This document shows, in pieces, positions 59,154-64,000 of a DNA stretch of 64,000 bases. Made by a program: the position numbers and the translations under genes. The stretch spans positions 512,001 to 576,000 of the forward strand of contig OY970067.1 of assembly GCA_963705305.1 (NCBI GenBank), read 5' to 3'. Below the pieces are notes generated by a model. That model had not been told where the DNA came from. It did no database searches and saw only the letters and a list, made by a program, of their open reading frames with translations. How positions within the stretch are numbered: the stretch's first letter is position 1; the number at the start of each line of letters is the position of its first letter. The stretch comes from an uncultured Methylomirabilota bacterium. GTDB taxonomy: Bacteria > Methylomirabilota > Methylomirabilia > Methylomirabilales > 2-02-FULL-66-22.

Positions 59154-59785
59154 GATTCCCCGACGCCCTCTGCCGCCACCAGCCGCCGGACCGCCTCCAG
59201 CTCTTCGGGGGTGTTCACGTTGACGAAGCACCGGAGCTCCGGATCCAGCGTCCGGAGCTCCTCCTCCGACACCTCCCGCACCCGGACGTCGGCAAACAGC
59301 TCCTCGACCTTCAGCCGCCCCAGTCCGAGCATGGCCTCGATGCGGGGGAGGCAAGCCCGGCCGTACACGGCGTGCAGGGGCTCGTAGCCCCGGCCCGACC
59401 GGGCCACCACCACGTCGTATCCCGGCGCAAGATTGCAGAGGTGTGCGACCACGGCAGGGTTGACCAGGGGCATATCGCAGCCGATACAGAAGGTCTGCGG
59501 AAGCCGGCTGTAAAAGAGCGCGGCGTGGATGCCCCCCAGGGCCCCCCTTCCCTGGAGCCGATCCGGCCGGATGGGCACCTCCAGCTCGGTGAAGGCCTCG
59601 GCATCGTTGCTGATGACCAGGAGTTCCGCGAAGAGAGGCTGGAGGGCAGCCAGGATCGTCTGAATGATCGACCGTCCGCCGATGGAGAGCAGGGCCTTGT
59701 TCCTGCCCATGCGCCGGGAGTCCCCTCCCGCCAGGATGGCCCCCGTCACAGCCGGAGGCTCTCCGGGGGGCGTCGGCCCCGTCAT
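59141..59785 (-). CDS. mobA: molybdenum cofactor guanylyltransferase
   Basis: ILAGG.SRRMG.NK, G.LGGI, CDMP, EPLHA.Y, NVNTPEE. Confidence 0.95.
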   Translation of the reverse strand: MTGPTPPGEPPAVTGAILAGGDSRRMGRNKALLSIGGRSIIQTILAALQPLFAELLVISNDAEAFTELEVPIRPDRLQGRGALGGIHAALFYSRLPQTFCIGCDMPLVNPAVVAHLCNLAPGYDVVVARSGRGYEPLHAVYGRACLPRIEAMLGLGRLKVEELFADVRVREVSEEELRTLDPELRCFVNVNTPEELEAVRRLVAAEGVGESCAS

Positions 59786-60438
59786 TGCGTCCGCCCGCGG
59801 ATGCGGAGTGCGATCGGCGGGCCGCCGCCCGGATCGGCGCCGCCAATCAAACTGCGCACGGTCCGAGCCAGGACTTCCGCCGTGGCCTCGTCCAGAACCA
59901 CGCGCTGCCCTCCTACCAGCACGTCCACGGGCGGGGGACAGAGGTCCGCGAGGAATTCCCGCTGGATGAATTCTGCCAGCGGACCGATCTCCTCCAGGCC
60001 GAAGTGGGGGACCGGCACCGGCGTGGGCGCGTCCGAGACCACGGCCACCAACCCGTCTTCGGTCCCGCACAGCGGCGGCCCTCCCGGGGGTGTCCGGATC
60101 ACCTCGATCTTGGGCGTGGAGGAGGATTTGAACCCTTCGGCGAGAAGCAGGTCAACCTCGAGCAGGGGCAGGCACGCGATGGCCTCGAGGGACCACTCCT
60201 TTTCCGTATCGCTGACCACAAAAAGGCTGTCGCACGAGACCAGGCCCGCCGTGCGGGCTCCGGCCCGCTTGTGGCGCCAGGAGTCCTTCCCGGGAGTATC
60301 GACCGCGACCGGTCCGCGGGAATGGTGCTTGATCGTCCCGAGCGTATAGCCGCGACGGCGCAGCTCCGGAATGAGCTTTTCCAGTAGGGTGGTCTTGCCG
60401 GAATTGGACCGGCCGACAATCGAAAGGATGGGAATCAC
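59782..60438 (-). CDS. mobB: molybdopterin-guanine dinucleotide biosynthesis protein B
   Basis: GRSNSGKTT, IKH, D.PGKDS.RH, EGFK. Confidence 0.95.
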   Translation of the reverse strand: MIPILSIVGRSNSGKTTLLEKLIPELRRRGYTLGTIKHHSRGPVAVDTPGKDSWRHKRAGARTAGLVSCDSLFVVSDTEKEWSLEAIACLPLLEVDLLLAEGFKSSSTPKIEVIRTPPGGPPLCGTEDGLVAVVSDAPTPVPVPHFGLEEIGPLAEFIQREFLADLCPPPVDVLVGGQRVVLDEATAEVLARTVRSLIGGADPGGGPPIALRIRGRTQ

Positions 60439-60485
60439 GGGCCGCTCGCGCTGCAGCGGTGACGGGTGGCAACCGCCTGCCGGGA

Positions 60486-60932
60486 CTACTCCTCTTCCTC
60501 CTGTTCCATGATATCGATCTCGCCCAGATCCTCCAGCCCCTCCTCCTCGAACTCGTTCATAAGGAGGTCCTCGGCCGCGCTCTCCGCCGCCGGGGCCTCC
60601 GCGACCGGCTCTTCCTCTTCGGTGGCCACCTCCGCCTCGGCCAGCACCTCCTCCGCCACCACCTCTTCGGCGCTGAGACTGCGGTACCAGGTGGGCTTGG
60701 CGGCCGCCTCGCTCAGCTCACGCGCCATGGTGCCCTCGATAGGCTCGATCTCGTAGCCCAGCTTGCCGGCGGCCATCTCTTCCAAAGCCTGGTAGGTGGG
60801 CTTGACGTTGCGCGCCTGCACCAGGGAAGCGGCCCCGCGCCCCAACTGCTTGGCTCGCTTGGCAGCCACGATGACCAGTCGATACTTGCTGTCCACGTGC
60901 TCCATCAGATCCTCGATCGGTAGCTGCGCCAT
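60486..60932 (-). CDS. rpoZ: RNA polymerase omega subunit with long acidic tail
   Basis: [15 protein letters not shown]...KP...ALEE. Confidence 0.93.
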   Translation of the reverse strand: MAQLPIEDLMEHVDSKYRLVIVAAKRAKQLGRGAASLVQARNVKPTYQALEEMAAGKLGYEIEPIEGTMARELSEAAAKPTWYRSLSAEEVVAEEVLAEAEVATEEEEPVAEAPAAESAAEDLLMNEFEEEGLEDLGEIDIMEQEEEE

Positions 60933-60968
60933 GCCTGCGACTCCCCTCGTCGCCCCCCGTCGGGGGGC

Positions 60969-61593
60969 TCACGTGTCCAGGAACCCCAGGTCCACCCGGC
61001 TGCTCCGACGGCGCTCGGCCACCAGAATGGCTCGCAGCTCCTCGGCGGCCCGGGCGAACACATCGTTCACGATGATATATTGGTACTCGCGATAGTGCCG
61101 GACTTCCTCCCGCGCCCTGCGGAGCCGGCGCTGAATGTCCGCCTCCGCATCGCTCTCGCGCCGGCGCAGTCGCTCTCCTAGCTCCTGCCAGGACGGCGGC
61201 ACGACGAAAACGAGAACCCCGTCCGGGTGCTTCTCCCGCAGGATCGAGGCGCCTTGCGTGTCGATGTCCAGGATGACATCCCGCCCCGCGCGCCAATGCT
61301 CCTCCAGGAGCGCCCGCGACGTCCCGTACAAGTGCCCGTGGACCTCGGCCCACTCTTCGAACTCGCCCCGCTCGGTCATCCGCCGGAAAGCGGCTTCGGT
61401 CACAAAACGGTAATCCCGGCCGTTCTCCTCGTGCGGACGGGGCGGCCGCGTGGTGTAGGAGACCGAGTGGGCGATCCCCTGCACCTCGTGAACCAGCCAC
61501 CGGCAGAGAGAACGTCTTCCCCGCACCCGACGGGGCCGAGACCACAATCAGCAACGGCTGGGGTCTCACGCGTTCCGCCTCTCCCGCACCCAC
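60969..61593 (-). CDS. gmk: guanylate kinase with a 1-nt frameshift at ~61511
   Basis: VVSAPSGAGKT in one frame; SVSYTTRPPR..E..G.DY and YGT in another. Confidence 0.92.
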
Positions 61594-61594
61594 C

Positions 61595-61894
61595 TCAGCC
61601 GCGGTCCCGTGGTTCCTCCACCCCTCCCAGGCGCTGGGCCAGGGTGCTCGACTGGATGGCGGAGAGAATGATGTGTCCGCTGTCGGTCACGATCAGGGTC
61701 TGAGTCCGGCGACCGCAGGTGGCGTCGACCAGCCGTCCCCCCTCCCGCGCGTCGTCCCGCAGGCGCTTCATCGGCTCGGAGAAGACGGCCTTCGAGTCCT
61801 TGGAGGAGCGGGCGCTCAGGATGGCCACGACCCGGGAGCGGAGGACCACGTTGCCGAATCCGATATTGAGAATCTCCCCGGACAGCGCGCTCAT
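61595..61894 (-). CDS. remA: DUF370/RemA family protein
   Basis: LNIGFGN.V...R, L.DAT.GR.T......DS.H.ILSA. Confidence 0.9.
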   Translation of the reverse strand: MSALSGEILNIGFGNVVLRSRVVAILSARSSKDSKAVFSEPMKRLRDDAREGGRLVDATCGRRTQTLIVTDSGHIILSAIQSSTLAQRLGGVEEPRDRG

Positions 61895-61975
61895 CCGTGT
61901 CTCTCCGCGCCCCCCTGCCGACGGCCCATCGCCCGGCGCATCCGCATCCCGGCTCCCTCCGGACCTCCGGGCCGA

Positions 61976-62842
61976 CTACTCGATGTTCTGGACCTGCTCC
62001 CGCAGGCGCTCCAGGGCGGCCTTGAGTCCCACCACCTCGTGCGCCAGCGCCGCGTCACCGACCTTCGAGCCGGTTGTGTTGGCCTCCCGGTGCATCTCCT
62101 GCAGCAGGAATTCCAACCGGCGGCCCTGCTGCCCGGCCTGGCCCAGGGCTTCCCGGAACTGGGCCACGTGGCTCCGCAGTCGCTCGCACTCCTCGGCGAT
62201 GTCGCTCCGCTCTGCCAGGAGAGCCACCTCTTGCTCCAGCCGCACGGGATCCGGGAGGCGCCCGTCCAAAAGCTCCGCCACCCGCTCGCGCAGCCGGTCC
62301 CGCTGGATGGCCACCAAAGACGGGGCCCGGGCAATCAGGCGAGCAACGGTCGCTTCGACCTCCCCCAGGTGAGCCTCGAGGGCCGCCGCCAGGGCCGCGC
62401 CCTCCCGCTGCCGCATGGCCTCCAGAGCATCCAGGGCGGCGGTCACGGCCGGCGCCAGCTCGGTCCAAGCCCCCTCCAGGGACTCCTCCGGCTCCTCCAC
62501 GGTGATGAGCTCCCGCTGGGCCGCCAGCTGCTCCAGGGTGACATCGCCGGGAAGATCGAGTTCGCGTTGCAGCGTGCGCAGGGCCTCAACGTACTGGCGG
62601 GCCAGGGTCAGATCCACCCGCAACGTCCGCCCGGAGCCCTCCAGGGCCTGTTCCTGCACCGCCACCTCAAAGTGGCCGCGGGCAAAGCGCTGCTGGATTG
62701 CCCGCTGGACACGCGGCTCCAGGCTGAGCAGGCGCTTGGGAAGCCGGCAGCGGACCTCCAGGAATCGGTGATTGACGGACTGGACCTCCACGGTGAAGCT
62801 CCGCCGGGCCCCGCCGGCCTCCCCGCGACCGAAGCCGGTCAT
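61976..62842 (-). CDS. yicC: YicC/YloC family endoribonuclease
   Basis: MTGFGR, SVNHRFL, GRRL.FL.QE..RE.NT, REQVQNIE. Confidence 0.95.
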   Translation of the reverse strand: MTGFGRGEAGGARRSFTVEVQSVNHRFLEVRCRLPKRLLSLEPRVQRAIQQRFARGHFEVAVQEQALEGSGRTLRVDLTLARQYVEALRTLQRELDLPGDVTLEQLAAQRELITVEEPEESLEGAWTELAPAVTAALDALEAMRQREGAALAAALEAHLGEVEATVARLIARAPSLVAIQRDRLRERVAELLDGRLPDPVRLEQEVALLAERSDIAEECERLRSHVAQFREALGQAGQQGRRLEFLLQEMHREANTTGSKVGDAALAHEVVGLKAALERLREQVQNIE

Positions 62843-63011
62843 GCTGCATCGTCTTGCAGTTCCGCCGCTTGCCGTATGGCCTCCCGCGATTGCCCTGAAC
62901 CAGACCTGATACCCTAACCCGGGCGATCAGGAAAGTCAAATACCTTGACAAATACCCTCTCCTCCAATATCGTTCATCGGATGTCCCTGGATGAGAAGGA
63001 GGGTGATGCAC

Positions 63012-63296
63012 GTGCCGATTTACGAATACGAGTGCGAGTCCTGCCAGCACCGATTCGAAGTCATCCAGAAGTTCAGCGACAAACCCTTGAAAAAGTGCAG
63101 CCAGTGCGGCGGACCCATCCACCGGGTCCTGTCTCCCCCCGCCCTGATGTTCAAAGGCAGTGGCTGGTACGTCACCGACTACGCCAAGCCGGAGAGACTG
63201 AAGAAGGAGCGGCAGGCCGGCAGCGACGGTAACGGCTCGAAGGCTGAATCCTCCGCTTCCAAGACCACCACCCCAGCCAGCAAATCCGAGGTCTAA
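63012..63296 (+). CDS. FmdB-family zinc-ribbon protein
   Basis: MPIYEYEC..C.H.FE...C..CG...FKGSGWY.TDY; TTGACA promoter at ~62945. Confidence 0.92.
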   Translation: MPIYEYECESCQHRFEVIQKFSDKPLKKCSQCGGPIHRVLSPPALMFKGSGWYVTDYAKPERLKKERQAGSDGNGSKAESSASKTTTPASKSEV

Positions 63297-63353
63297 CCGC
63301 GGCGCGCCACTCCTCGGCTCCCCGGTCCTACGGCCCGCCCCCCGTCCTGGTTT

Positions 63354-64000
63354 TCAGGCAGAATGCGCCAGGAGCGCTTGGACGTGCGGGACCAGATTCG
63401 CCGGCGCCGCGGTGCTCTCCTCCCCGGTGCGGCGGCGGGCCTCCACCACCCCTTCCTTCACCGCCCGACCGCCCACCGTCACGCGCAGGGGAATGCCCAG
63501 CAGATCTGCATCCTTGAATTTCACGCCGGGACGCTCATCGCGATCATCGAAGAGGACCTCCAGGTTGGCGCGGCACAGGTCGGCGTAGGCCCGTTCGGCC
63601 AGCGCATTCATCGCGGCATCCCGGCTGTTGACCACCAGCAGGTGGACCTGAAACGGGGCGATGGCGTCCGGCCAGATGATGCCGTGTTGGTCGTGCCCCT
63701 GTTCGATGGCGGCAGCGGCGATGCGTGCCGGTCCGATGCCGTAGCTCCCCATGACGACGGGCCGCTCCTGCCCCTGCTCATCCAGGTAGACCGCCCGCAG
63801 CGGGACCGAGTACTTCGTGCCGAGCTTGAAGATATTCCCCACCTCGATGACCGGCTCCACCCTGAGCTTCGCCCCGCACGTAATGCAGCCGTCCCCGGCC
63901 TTGGCGGCGCGCAGGTCGACGAACTCCGCCTGGAAGTGCTGGCCAGGAACCACGCCCCGCAGGTGCGTATCCGGCTTGTTGGCCCCCGCTACGTAGCAGC
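63354..64000 (-). CDS. proS: prolyl-tRNA synthetase, 3' part (continues beyond the window)
   Basis: IEVGNIFKLGTKYS, MGSYGIG..R, DDRDERPGVKFKDADL.G.P. Confidence 0.97.
   Translation of the reverse strand, partial: CYVAGANKPDTHLRGVVPGQHFQAEFVDLRAAKAGDGCITCGAKLRVEPVIEVGNIFKLGTKYSVPLRAVYLDEQGQERPVVMGSYGIGPARIAAAAIEQGHDQHGIIWPDAIAPFQVHLLVVNSRDAAMNALAERAYADLCRANLEVLFDDRDERPGVKFKDADLLGIPLRVTVGGRAVKEGVVEARRRTGEESTAAPANLVPHVQALLAHSA

Overview
High-GC bacterial chromosome segment. The core genes (futalosine-pathway mqnA, AmmeMemoRadiSam B, yicC-remA-gmk-rpoZ) fit a Methylomirabilota/NC10- or Nitrospirota/Deltaproteobacteria-like host; this is inference only. Part 1 (1-4862) is an accessory flank with a ~3.05 kb four-ORF transposon carrying two DDE genes, which truncates a parA-like gene, plus a degenerate tRNA-Leu att relic. 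Part 2 (~4863-40187) is a ~35 kb island integrated in the 3' half of tRNA-Leu(CAA). It has a 55-bp att duplication, a tyrosine integrase, an excisionase and 11-bp arm-type repeats at both ends. Its backbone encodes a Replic_Relax relaxase, two VirD4/TraD-like ATPases, DUF932, a PD-(D/E)XK nuclease, XRE and RuvC-like proteins. Its cargo includes two PIN toxin-antitoxin pairs, an adenosine deaminase + 2TM-GAF cassette, NurA-HerA (herA truncated), a DUF6731-like + membrane pair, a VRR-NUC-like nuclease, envelope and signalling genes, and IS/MITE debris. One TA pair and a serine recombinase lie between two inverted dyad sites that look like an invertible segment. Part 3 (40378-64000) is core genome: tRNA-Ala, hybrid kinase, memo, surA-like, mreBCD-mrdA-rodA, a sugar-acid/TRAP cluster with dctQM deleted, mqnA, mobAB, rpoZ, gmk (1-nt frameshift), remA, yicC, fmdB and the proS 3' end. 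All family calls are motif recognition by eye, not database results.
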